Assembly: GCA_045809795.1 (NCBI GenBank)
Contig: JBJMXD010000005.1
Location: forward strand, 225,177 to 289,176
Direction of reading: 5' to 3'
Length of the DNA stretch: 64,000 nucleotides
DNA from: Chthoniobacterales bacterium
Lineage (GTDB): Bacteria > Verrucomicrobiota > Verrucomicrobiia > Chthoniobacterales > UBA10450
The notes beneath the pieces were generated by a model. That model was given only the letters and a program-made list of their open reading frames with translations. It did not search any database and had not been told where the DNA came from. Numbering within the stretch: the stretch's first letter is position 1; every line of letters begins with the position of its first letter. The translations under genes and the position numbers were made by a program. Positions 51,203 to 59,964 of the stretch are shown here, one piece after another.

Positions 51203-52828
51203 TCAGAGCGTCTTCAGATACTCCATCAACTCGTGCTTCTGTTCGGCGGTCAGCTTCGTGCCGTAATCGTGGCCGGAGTTCGAGTTTCCCTCGGTCGTTG
51301 TGTCGAAAACGTAAACCCCGGCATCGGCGTAGCCCATTTGGCTCGGATCGAATTCCTGGGAGCCGCGATGGAAATTCTTCGCTCGTTGCGCAGGCGGAGT
51401 CAGCAATTCATGCATCGTGCGCACCGAACCGTTGTGCAAATAAGGCGAGCGCGCCCAAACGCCATTCAAGGTCGCGGCCCAATATTTTCCAGTGCTCCGG
51501 ACACCGAATTCTTTCGGGGGCTCGTAGCCAACCGCTTCCAGCTCAGCCAGAAACTTATTGAACCCTTCCGCCTGTTTCTCGGTGAACAATTCCGCGCGAT
51601 GCGGGTCGGTCCCGACTTCTGCGATCGAATAAAGGCGCTTGTCGCTCTCGGCCCCGCCATGACACGACGCGCAGTTCGACTGAAAATGGGCCTCGCCCCG
51701 TTTCGCGGCCGTCTTGTCTATCGCAAACGGATATTTCGGTGGCCGGATACTCTCCGAAAGATCGGTCTGGCGTTTCACCATCGCGAAATCCAGATCACCG
51801 CGTTTCCCGTGCAACGGCGCGCCGAGCCCGAGCGACGCCAGCAGATTTCTCGAAATCGGAGATTTGGTGTTGCCGTCCCAATGCACCCACGTTCGCTTGT
51901 CCACGTCCCACACGAGCCCGAATTTCGTCGGCGCATAAGGCTGAGGTTTGTTCAAGAGACTCGCCGCTAAAATTCCAAACGCATCGTTTCGTCCCGGCCC
52001 GGAAGCCGGCGGAACTTTTTCCGGCGGTTGATCCGGGACATGAAGGGCCGCGCGGATGTTGTGGAAGAGCTTCAGCATCGAATGCGAGAGCTTCGCGTAA
52101 TCGACTCCACTGGCGGCAAGCTCTCCGTCGAGAACCAACTCTCCCGGTGCGATATCGTGCAGTTCTCCAGGTTGAAGTCCATTCGAACCGAATGGGTCTG
52201 CAGCCATCGCTTCTGTAATGTGAGCTTCCTGTTGCTGCCATGCGGTCTCGAACAACTCGACCGCCTTAGCCTCAGGCTTGCCCAACAACTGTTGCGCGGC
52301 CTGGTTGGATTTCGGATCCGGTAGCGATCCGTAGACGCTCAAGAACAGCTTCATGTTTCCCGGCTCGGATGTTTTGAAAGTCGCGATCAGAACGGAGCCG
52401 AAATAGGCCTCCACATTGAAATGGCTCGTCGCTCCGAGGATTCGAATCGGTTCTTTTGTTGTGCTCGAATGGATTTGGGCGACGTGACATGACGCGCAGT
52501 TGATGCCGATCGCCGATAATCCGCCGAGATGTTTGACCTCAGCTTTTCGGCTGAAACCGATTGGCCAACCGAACGCCGAGTCGGGAATTAAACCGAGATA
52601 AGCGAGGTCCGACGCCGGAAACAGATCGGGATAAATTTTGATAAACGCGCGCAGGACGCGTTCCGGAACCACTTCGGTGCTCATCGATCCGTGCAGGAAA
52701 AATTCGAGATCGTCGGCCGACCATTTAGGAACTTGAGCCGGATCGATTTTCGGTTTCACCGGTTGATCGGCGGCCGTGGCGACGAAGGTCGCAACTGCGA
52801 TGGCGAACGCTGAGAGGATCGTCTTCAT
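51203..52828 (-). CDS. Secreted di-haem c-type cytochrome family protein
   Basis: ATG at 52828 (MKTILSAFAIAVATFVATA). Two CxxCH motifs (CASCHV and CASCHG). Confidence 0.75.
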   Translation of the reverse strand: MKTILSAFAIAVATFVATAADQPVKPKIDPAQVPKWSADDLEFFLHGSMSTEVVPERVLRAFIKIYPDLFPASDLAYLGLIPDSAFGWPIGFSRKAEVKHLGGLSAIGINCASCHVAQIHSSTTKEPIRILGATSHFNVEAYFGSVLIATFKTSEPGNMKLFLSVYGSLPDPKSNQAAQQLLGKPEAKAVELFETAWQQQEAHITEAMAADPFGSNGLQPGELHDIAPGELVLDGELAASGVDYAKLSHSMLKLFHNIRAALHVPDQPPEKVPPASGPGRNDAFGILAASLLNKPQPYAPTKFGLVWDVDKRTWVHWDGNTKSPISRNLLASLGLGAPLHGKRGDLDFAMVKRQTDLSESIRPPKYPFAIDKTAAKRGEAHFQSNCASCHGGAESDKRLYSIAEVGTDPHRAELFTEKQAEGFNKFLAELEAVGYEPPKEFGVRSTGKYWAATLNGVWARSPYLHNGSVRTMHELLTPPAQRAKNFHRGSQEFDPSQMGYADAGVYVFDTTTEGNSNSGHDYGTKLTAEQKHELMEYLKTL

Positions 52829-52889
52829 CGCGGGGCATCGTAGAAAATTGCGTTCGCCGATGTAAAGCAGTACAACCGCAGTCACGTCG

Positions 52890-53555
52890 ATGGCCCAATA
52901 CGAACCAACTTCGCGGCGGCCAATCGGCGAAGGCTTTCGGTCCACTGCACGCTTCGCGACCGCGCTCTGCGTCCGACTCGACATTCATCCGGATACGATC
53001 TCCTATGCTTCCGTCGTCGCGGCGGCCATCGGCGCGCTTTGTTTTTGGAAATCAGGTTTTCAGCCGTGGCTGCTCTTTCTCGCGCCGCTTTTCTGCTATC
53101 TGCGCCTCTGGTTCAACATGCTCGACGGCATGGTCGCGCTCGCTTCCGGGAAAGCGAGCTGGCGCGGTGAGATCCTGAACGATCTGCCTGATCGCGTTTC
53201 CGACGTGCTGATTTTTGCGGGCGTCGCTCACAGCGGCTGGCTGAACCCGTTTCTCGGATATTGGGCTGCCATCTTCGCGCTGCTGACAGCTTATGTCGGA
53301 ATGTTTGGACAGGCGGTTGGCGTTCAGCGCGAATTCAGCGGCGTCATGTCGAAGCCGTGGCGCATGGTCGTGCTTCACCTCGGCACGTGGGTTACGCTCG
53401 CCTGTTTCTGGTGGAACGATGGCATCGTGTTTCTCGGCGGTCTGATGATTCTCGATTGGGTTTGTCTCGTCATTATCGTCGGCTGCGTGCAAACAATCGC
53501 CGTTCGGCTGAAGCGGATCATGGCGGCGTTGCGTTCTAAGTCGGCTGTCCAATAG
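52890..53555 (+). CDS. CDP-alcohol phosphatidyltransferase family protein
   Basis: 221 aa with the motif DG-x2-A-x8-G-x3-D-x3-D (NMLDGMVALASGKASWRGEILNDLPDRVSD). Confidence 0.8.
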   Translation: MAQYEPTSRRPIGEGFRSTARFATALCVRLDIHPDTISYASVVAAAIGALCFWKSGFQPWLLFLAPLFCYLRLWFNMLDGMVALASGKASWRGEILNDLPDRVSDVLIFAGVAHSGWLNPFLGYWAAIFALLTAYVGMFGQAVGVQREFSGVMSKPWRMVVLHLGTWVTLACFWWNDGIVFLGGLMILDWVCLVIIVGCVQTIAVRLKRIMAALRSKSAVQ

Positions 53556-54509
53556 ATGTCACCCCAGCACGCGCTTCATGACCCGATTTTTCTCGCCTAT
53601 CTGCGAATCATCTTCGTCTCCCTTGTCGTGGGAGGAATCGCGCTCAGCTTTTTGCATTGGGGTTTCAAGAAAGATCTCGGCTCGATCTGGAGCACTTATC
53701 GCTCGTGGCTCATCATGGCGCCGGTCGGAATGATCGCGGTTTTCCTCGGGCGCGTTCCAACGATCGTCGGAGCGACGCTGCTGGCCGTTTTCGGTTTCAA
53801 GGAATTTGCCCGCGCTTCCGGTTTGTATCGGGACTGGTGGATGACCGGCGCGGTCTATGCCGGAATCGTGACCGTTGGGGCCGCTTCGTTGATGTCGCAG
53901 CCGCAAGGATTGGAACCCGGTCCGGGATGGTACGGCTTGTTTGTCGCGGTCCCGGTCTTCGCCATCGCCTTGATTTTGCTCGTGCCTATCCTGCGGAACC
54001 GCGCCCGCGGGGAATTACAACGGATGTCGTTAGGCATCGTCGGTTTCGTTTACATCGGTTGGATGTTTGGTCATCTCGGATTCCTGGCGAACGCCGCGAA
54101 CGCCTACGGCTATGTTATCTACGTCGTGTTCGCGACGGAGTTGAACGACATTGCCGCGTTCACTTTCGGTCGACTCTTGGGCCGTCATCCGGTGCGCAGC
54201 GAAATCAGTCCGAAGAAAACCTGGGAAGGTTCCGCCGGCGCTTTAACCGTCTCGATGATTCTGCCGTGGCTCCTGCGTTTTTCGTTTCCGGACTTCGGGC
54301 CGTGGCAATTGATTCTCACCGGCCTCATCGTTGGCATCGGCGGTCAGCTCGGCGATCTTTCGATCAGCGTGATCAAGCGTGACATCGGAACGAAAGATAT
54401 GGGCGCCCTCATTCCCGGCCACGGCGGCATCCTTGATCGGATCGACAGTTTGATTTACGTCGCGCCGCTCTTTCTTCACATGGCGAATTATTATTCCAAG
54501 CTGAGATGA
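53556..54509 (+). CDS. cdsA: Phosphatidate cytidylyltransferase (CDP-diglyceride synthase)
   Basis: 317 aa; SPKKTWEGSAGAL...GDLSISVIKRDIGTKDMG..IPGHGGILDRIDS. Confidence 0.85.
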   Translation: MSPQHALHDPIFLAYLRIIFVSLVVGGIALSFLHWGFKKDLGSIWSTYRSWLIMAPVGMIAVFLGRVPTIVGATLLAVFGFKEFARASGLYRDWWMTGAVYAGIVTVGAASLMSQPQGLEPGPGWYGLFVAVPVFAIALILLVPILRNRARGELQRMSLGIVGFVYIGWMFGHLGFLANAANAYGYVIYVVFATELNDIAAFTFGRLLGRHPVRSEISPKKTWEGSAGALTVSMILPWLLRFSFPDFGPWQLILTGLIVGIGGQLGDLSISVIKRDIGTKDMGALIPGHGGILDRIDSLIYVAPLFLHMANYYSKLR

Positions 54510-55234
54510 AACGATGGCAATACGAGCCTGCCGCCGATCTCGATCAGTCTTTGACCGAGCGTCTTCGGAATTTTCCCCGTCAACCGGATATCCTCGTGTA
54601 TGGCCTGCGTTCGCTTGTCGCCCTCGTCATTCGCGGATTGCTCCGCACCTGGTGCCGCTTCGAAATCGTGGGGGAAGAGCATCTCCGCAATAATCGCTCG
54701 TTCGTTCTCGTCGCGAATCATTCGAGCCATCTCGATACGGTTTGTCTTCTCGCCGGTTTGCCGCTGCGCCGATTGCATCGCGCTTTTCCGGCTGCGGCTG
54801 CCGATTATTTTTTCAAGAGCGTGCCGAGAACGTGGATCGCGACCGTCATCGTGAACGCGCTCCCGTTCGCGCGCCAAACCCAAGTCCGTCATAGCCTGGC
54901 GATCTGTCGCGAGCTCCTCGCGAATGCCGGCAACGTTCTCATCATTTTCCCCGAAGGCACCCGGTCCAAGACGGGCGACATTCAGGATTTTAAAGCCGGG
55001 ATCGGTGCGCTTGTCGCCGGGCGCGACGTCCCGGTTCTGCCTTGTTATCTCGATGGAGCCTTCCGCGCCTGGCCGAAGGGGAAAAGAATTCCGCGCCCGC
55101 GCAAGGTCCGGTTGATCATCGGCGCGCCGCGCAACTATGCGTCTGTGCCCTCCGACAAAACTGGAGGCGCGATCGTCGCGAGCGAATTGCGCGCGGCGGT
55201 CCAGCAGCTGGCGCAACAACATGCAAGCCGCTGA
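54506..55234 (+). CDS. plsC: 1-acyl-sn-glycerol-3-phosphate / lysophospholipid acyltransferase
   Basis: 242 aa with HxxxxD (NHSSHLD) and FPEGTRS. ATGA overlap with cdsA. Confidence 0.85.
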   Translation: MKRWQYEPAADLDQSLTERLRNFPRQPDILVYGLRSLVALVIRGLLRTWCRFEIVGEEHLRNNRSFVLVANHSSHLDTVCLLAGLPLRRLHRAFPAAAADYFFKSVPRTWIATVIVNALPFARQTQVRHSLAICRELLANAGNVLIIFPEGTRSKTGDIQDFKAGIGALVAGRDVPVLPCYLDGAFRAWPKGKRIPRPRKVRLIIGAPRNYASVPSDKTGGAIVASELRAAVQQLAQQHASR

Positions 55235-56963
55235 GTACACGATGTCGAGCTGGGACGGCGCCCAGCTCTTTTACCGCGCCTCGATTCCGGAATCACCGAC
55301 GCAAAAAGCGCTGCTGCTTTTTCATCGCGGGCACGAACACTCAGGCCGCTGGGCCGAGTTTGTGGAAATGCTGGCGCTCAGCGACGTCGCCATTTTTGCC
55401 TGGGACGCGCGCGGGCACGGACGCTCGGCGGGTGAGCGCGGCGCCGCGCCGAATTTCGGCACGCTGGTAAAAGACGTTGATGCGTTCGTCCGGCGCCTTC
55501 GCGATCACCACGGTTTCGCACTCGAAAACATGATCGTTCTCGCGCATAGCGTCGGCGCTCTCGTGGTTTCGGCCTGGGTTCACGATTACGCACCGCCGAT
55601 TCGCGCGATGATCCTGGCGACGCCGGCTTTTCGTGTTCGCCTGTATGTTCCCTTCGCGATTCCCTCACTCCGCCTGAAACAGAAATTCATCGGGCCTGGT
55701 CACGTGAAAAGTTACGTGAAAGCGAAAATGCTCACTCACGACCCGGAGCAGTCTGCGCAGTACGACGCGGATCCGCTCATTTTCCGCCAGATCGCGGTCA
55801 ACGTTTTGATTGCATTGCACGATGCCGGGACGCGTTTGCTCGCGGACGCCGGCGCGATTCAGGTCCCGACCCTGATGCTTACGGCTGGCCGCGATTGGGT
55901 GGTCAGCGTCAAGGCGCAGCGCGATTTCTTCAACGGCCTTTCGTCACCCATAAAACGGATGCACATTTTTCCGGCCGCGTATCACGCGCTTTTCCATGAG
56001 TGCGAGCGGGCCCAGGTTGCGGATCGGGTGCGCGATTTTGTTCGTGAACGATTTGCGGCGCCTCCGCTCAAGCCTTCGGTTCTGCAGGCGGACAAATACG
56101 GCCACACCTGGGAGGAATTCGAGCGCCTGAAATTGCGGGGCAGTCCGCACTTCGCGGTTGTTCGCGGCGGAATGAAAACCGGCGGTCGTTTAAGCAGGGG
56201 GATCGATCTCGGCTGGCGGACTGGTTTCGATTCGGGTCTCACTCTTGATTACGTTTACGAAAATAACGCGCGCGGCCTCACGCCGCTCGGCCGACTGATC
56301 GATCGCAATTATCTGAACAGTCCCGGCTGGCGCGGCATCCGGCAGCGGAAGGAAAATCTCGTCACGCTGCTGCGTCGCGTAATCGAACGCGCTTACGCTG
56401 ACGGCCTCCCAGTGCGCATCCTCGACGTTGCAGCCGGCGGTGGTCGTTATCTTTTGGAAACAATGCGCAGCCTTCCGACAATTCCGATGACCGCGACGCT
56501 GCGCGATTACAAGCAGGAGAACGTCGACGCAGCGACGCGGCTCGCCGCGGAGTTTGGCCTAACGAATGTGGCTGTCGGACTGGGCAACGCCTTCGACCGC
56601 TCTTCAATCGCCGCGCTCAATCCGCGGCCGACCATAGCGATCGTCTCCGGCCTCTTCGAATTGTTCCCGGAAAATGCGGGCGTCCTCGAGTCGTTGCACG
56701 GGTTGGCGGAAGCGATTGAGCCCGGTGGTTATCTCATTTACACGAACCAACCGTGGCATCCACAGGTGGAATTCATCGCGCGGGTGCTGCAGAACCGGGA
56801 AGGCAAGCCGTGGATCATGCGCCGGCGCACAACCGCGGAAATGGACGAGCTCGTGAGCGCCGCCGGATTCGAGAAAAAGGAAATGGAAGTGGACGAGTGG
56901 GGAATGTTCACGGTTTCGCTCGCGCGGCGTGGCAGTCGGAATGGCGCCAATGGAGCAAGTTGA
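55221..56963 (+). CDS. Fusion: alpha/beta hydrolase (lysophospholipase-like) + class I SAM-dependent methyltransferase
   Basis: ATG at 55221. Nucleophile elbow AHSVGA and SAM motif ILDVAAGGGRY in the C-terminal half. Overlaps the plsC end by 14 nt. Confidence 0.8.
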   Translation: MQAAEYTMSSWDGAQLFYRASIPESPTQKALLLFHRGHEHSGRWAEFVEMLALSDVAIFAWDARGHGRSAGERGAAPNFGTLVKDVDAFVRRLRDHHGFALENMIVLAHSVGALVVSAWVHDYAPPIRAMILATPAFRVRLYVPFAIPSLRLKQKFIGPGHVKSYVKAKMLTHDPEQSAQYDADPLIFRQIAVNVLIALHDAGTRLLADAGAIQVPTLMLTAGRDWVVSVKAQRDFFNGLSSPIKRMHIFPAAYHALFHECERAQVADRVRDFVRERFAAPPLKPSVLQADKYGHTWEEFERLKLRGSPHFAVVRGGMKTGGRLSRGIDLGWRTGFDSGLTLDYVYENNARGLTPLGRLIDRNYLNSPGWRGIRQRKENLVTLLRRVIERAYADGLPVRILDVAAGGGRYLLETMRSLPTIPMTATLRDYKQENVDAATRLAAEFGLTNVAVGLGNAFDRSSIAALNPRPTIAIVSGLFELFPENAGVLESLHGLAEAIEPGGYLIYTNQPWHPQVEFIARVLQNREGKPWIMRRRTTAEMDELVSAAGFEKKEMEVDEWGMFTVSLARRGSRNGANGAS

Positions 56964-58326
56964 AAATATCGAGCGCTCCCGCGAACGTGGGATTCGGTCC
57001 ACCCAACTCGCGGCGTCGATCGGACTCTCGCTGCTCTTTCTAATTCTTTATCCGCTGTGCAACTGGCTGGCGGCGCAACGCGCTTACGTCCCAAGCCTGT
57101 TCTTCGGATGGGAACGCGCGATTCCATTCGTGCCCTTGATGATCGCGCCCTACATGTCGCTCGATCTCTTGTTCGTTGCGGCTCCCTTTCTTTGTCGCAA
57201 CAATCGAGAGCTTGCCACGTTGTCGAAACGGATCGTGGCGGCGTTGCTCGTCGCCGGAGTTTGCTTCCTTTTGTTTCCGCTCCGTTTCGCCTTCGAGCGC
57301 CCGCCGTTGTCGGGCTGGCTCGGTGATTTTTTCGCCTGGTTTGGCGGATTGGATCGGCCCTTCAATTTGCTTCCCTCGCTGCACATCGCGTTCTGCACGA
57401 TCCTCGGTGAATTCTATGCGCGGCAAACCCGGCGGGCTTTACGGCACGCGTTCGTCGTTTGGTTTGTCCTGATCGCCTTTTCTGCCGTCCTCACTTTTCA
57501 GCATCACACCATGGACGTCGTGGGCGGATTCGCGCTCGGCGCTTATTGTCTTTATTTCTTTCCCGAATCGAACGCGCGTGTTCCGTTCGTCGCCAACCGC
57601 CGCGTTGGATTTTATTATTCGATCGGCGCGGTCGCCGCTGGCTCGCTCGTAATTCTTTTTTGGCCTTGGGGCGCCTTCCTGCTCTGGCCGTTCATCGCGT
57701 TTAGCATCATGACGGGCGCGTACTTCTGGCTGGGCCCGTCAGTTTTCCGGAAGCGCGATGGTCGCCTGCCGTGGACAACGTGGTGGGCGCTCGGGCCCAT
57801 TTTGTTTGGCCATAAAGTTTCGCGCCTCTATTACCGCCGGCGAGCCCGGCCCTGGGATCGATTGACTTCATCGGTCTGGATTGGTGGAGTGCTTACCCGC
57901 CGCGAAGCGATTTCGTGTGTGCGCGAAGGAGTAACAGCTGTGCTGGACCTAACCGCCGAATTTTCAGAGCCGTCGCCCTTTCGCGCTCTCGCCTACAAAA
58001 ACATTCCGATTCTTGATCTGACCTCGCCCATCACCACCCAACTGCGGGAAATGGTGTCCTTCATCGAACGCGAGTCCGCCATTGGGATCGTCTATGTTCA
58101 CTGCAAGATCGGCTACTCTCGGACGGCAGCGGTAGCCGCCGCGTATTTGCTTGGTAGTGGTGCCGCCGCTTCCGTCTCGGAAGCGATCGATCATGTCCGG
58201 CGCCTTCGCCCGTGCGTCGTTATCCGGCCGGAAGTGCTTACAGCGTTGCGGGAATACGCGACGGACGGTTTCTCCTCGCGTCTCGTCACGCGCTCCTTCA
58301 ATAATGACGCTGCCTATGAAATATAA
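56941..58326 (+). CDS. Fusion: PAP2_C-like polytopic membrane domain + dual-specificity phosphatase domain
   Basis: N-terminal TM domain with SLHIAF...FQHHTMDVVGG (PAP2 / sphingomyelin-synthase-like). C-terminal CX5R P-loop VHCKIGYSRT. Start is ATG 56941 or GTG 56929. Confidence 0.75.
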   Translation: MAPMEQVENIERSRERGIRSTQLAASIGLSLLFLILYPLCNWLAAQRAYVPSLFFGWERAIPFVPLMIAPYMSLDLLFVAAPFLCRNNRELATLSKRIVAALLVAGVCFLLFPLRFAFERPPLSGWLGDFFAWFGGLDRPFNLLPSLHIAFCTILGEFYARQTRRALRHAFVVWFVLIAFSAVLTFQHHTMDVVGGFALGAYCLYFFPESNARVPFVANRRVGFYYSIGAVAAGSLVILFWPWGAFLLWPFIAFSIMTGAYFWLGPSVFRKRDGRLPWTTWWALGPILFGHKVSRLYYRRRARPWDRLTSSVWIGGVLTRREAISCVREGVTAVLDLTAEFSEPSPFRALAYKNIPILDLTSPITTQLREMVSFIERESAIGIVYVHCKIGYSRTAAVAAAYLLGSGAAASVSEAIDHVRRLRPCVVIRPEVLTALREYATDGFSSRLVTRSFNNDAAYEI

Positions 58327-58756
58327 CGATTTGATCCAGCTCTACTTCGAGCGCACGATAGCGTTGCAAAATTATTGGACGCTTTACGTCGTGATCGTCG
58401 GGGGTCTGCTCGCCTTCTCGTCTCTGCGCAAGCAACCGGCGGCTCTCACGACGCTTATCGTTTCAATCCTGTTTGGTTTGTTCGCTTACGAAAATCTGGA
58501 CGCGATTAAAGCGACCGCCACGCAGCGCCACGCCACGCTTGCCGCGATCAAACAATCCGACCCGGGCTCGACCGCGCCGGAAATCAAACCGGTGCGCGAT
58601 CTTCTCGAGCCCACCCTGAATCCGGCCAGCGTCAGCTCCACCCAGATGACCCACTTGATCAGTGACGTCCTTACCATCATCGGTCTTTGGGCGATGGAAT
58701 TGCGCCGGCGAAAAAATCTCGCGGTCAACACGATCGCGGCCCAGCCGTTTCCCTGA
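58316..58756 (+). CDS. Small membrane protein, last gene of the lipid operon
   Basis: 146 aa from ATG at 58316, overlapping the previous gene by 11 nt. Has 3-4 hydrophobic helices. Confidence 0.5.
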   Translation: MKYNDLIQLYFERTIALQNYWTLYVVIVGGLLAFSSLRKQPAALTTLIVSILFGLFAYENLDAIKATATQRHATLAAIKQSDPGSTAPEIKPVRDLLEPTLNPASVSSTQMTHLISDVLTIIGLWAMELRRRKNLAVNTIAAQPFP

Positions 58757-58759
58757 TTC

Positions 58760-59848
58760 ATGTTCAGATGGCGTAACCCGATCCCGGGCGAGCCGCCCGG
58801 GACACTCCGGGCGCGGGATGAGCCCGTTCGGCGAAAGCCGGTCATCAAGCTGATCGAATACGACCGCACGCACCTCGAAGAGACGGTGATCGAGGACCGC
58901 GAAGAGTTGGTGTCGCATCTCGATAATCAACGCGTCACCTGGATCAACATCGATGGGCTGGGGGACATCGAAGTTCTCCGCACTCTCGGTTCGAAATTTA
59001 ATCTCCACCCGCTCGCGCTCGAAGACGTTCTCGATACCGCTCAACGCCCGAAGGTCGAGCTCTACGACAACTATCTCTTCATCGTCGCGCACATGCTTTA
59101 CCTCGATCGCGGCAAGGTCATGTGCGGCGAACAGGTCAGCATGTTTCTCGGCAAACATTTTCTGATCACGTTGCAGGAGGAAGCCGACTTCGATGTTTTC
59201 GAGCCGGTCCGAGCGCGGATCCGGAACGCCAACGGCACGATTCGCAAGATGGGCCCCGATTATCTCGCCTACGCGCTGCTCGATTCGATCATCGATCATT
59301 ATTATCCCGTGCTCGAGGACGTCGGGGCGAAGATCGATTTGATCGAGGAAAGCCTGGTGGACTTGCAACCGGGCCGCAGCCCAGTCGGGGAGTTGCACGG
59401 ACATAAACGCGCGCTCACTCAAATCCGCCGTTTCATCTGGCCCGTGCGCGATCTCGTCAATTTCATGCTCCACGAGGAGAGCGGGATCATCACAAAACCG
59501 GCGAAAGTTTATCTGCGCGATTGCTACGATCACACGGTGCAGCTGATGGATCTGGTCGAAAGCTATCGCGACGTGCTCTCGGGCTTGATGGAACTTTACC
59601 TGTCCGCTGTCGGGATTCGGACGAACGAAATCATGCGGGTGCTCACCGTTATTTCGTCGGTCTTTATTCCGCTCACATTCATTGCCGGCGTTTACGGAAT
59701 GAATTTCGCGCACGAAGTCGACGGCAAGAAACTGCCGTGGAACATGCCGGAGCTTTTCAGTCCTTACGGTTACATCGCGTGCCTGCTCTTCATGCTGGCG
59801 GTGGCGATTTTCCAAATCGTCTATTTTAAAAAGAAGCGCTGGCTGTAG
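58760..59848 (+). CDS. corA: Magnesium/cobalt transporter CorA
   Basis: 362 aa with the YGMNF signature followed by a final TM segment. The TAG stop lies in a GTAG motif. Confidence 0.9.
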   Translation: MFRWRNPIPGEPPGTLRARDEPVRRKPVIKLIEYDRTHLEETVIEDREELVSHLDNQRVTWINIDGLGDIEVLRTLGSKFNLHPLALEDVLDTAQRPKVELYDNYLFIVAHMLYLDRGKVMCGEQVSMFLGKHFLITLQEEADFDVFEPVRARIRNANGTIRKMGPDYLAYALLDSIIDHYYPVLEDVGAKIDLIEESLVDLQPGRSPVGELHGHKRALTQIRRFIWPVRDLVNFMLHEESGIITKPAKVYLRDCYDHTVQLMDLVESYRDVLSGLMELYLSAVGIRTNEIMRVLTVISSVFIPLTFIAGVYGMNFAHEVDGKKLPWNMPELFSPYGYIACLLFMLAVAIFQIVYFKKKRWL

Positions 59849-59860
59849 CGATTCCTGTCT

Positions 59861-59923
59861 TGTAGCGACGGCGCTCAGTCGCCGTATTCACGCGTGTCAC
59901 GGCGACAGAGCGCCGTCGCTACA
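59861..59923. repeat. REPIN-like doublet (family R2)
   Basis: TGTAGCGACGGCGCTCAGTCGCCGT-ATTCACGCGTGTC-ACGGCGACAGAGCGCCGTCGCTACA. Confidence 0.8.
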
Positions 59924-59964
59924 ACAAGAATTGCAGGCGTAAGTCCTGCTGCCTTTTGTGCGTC

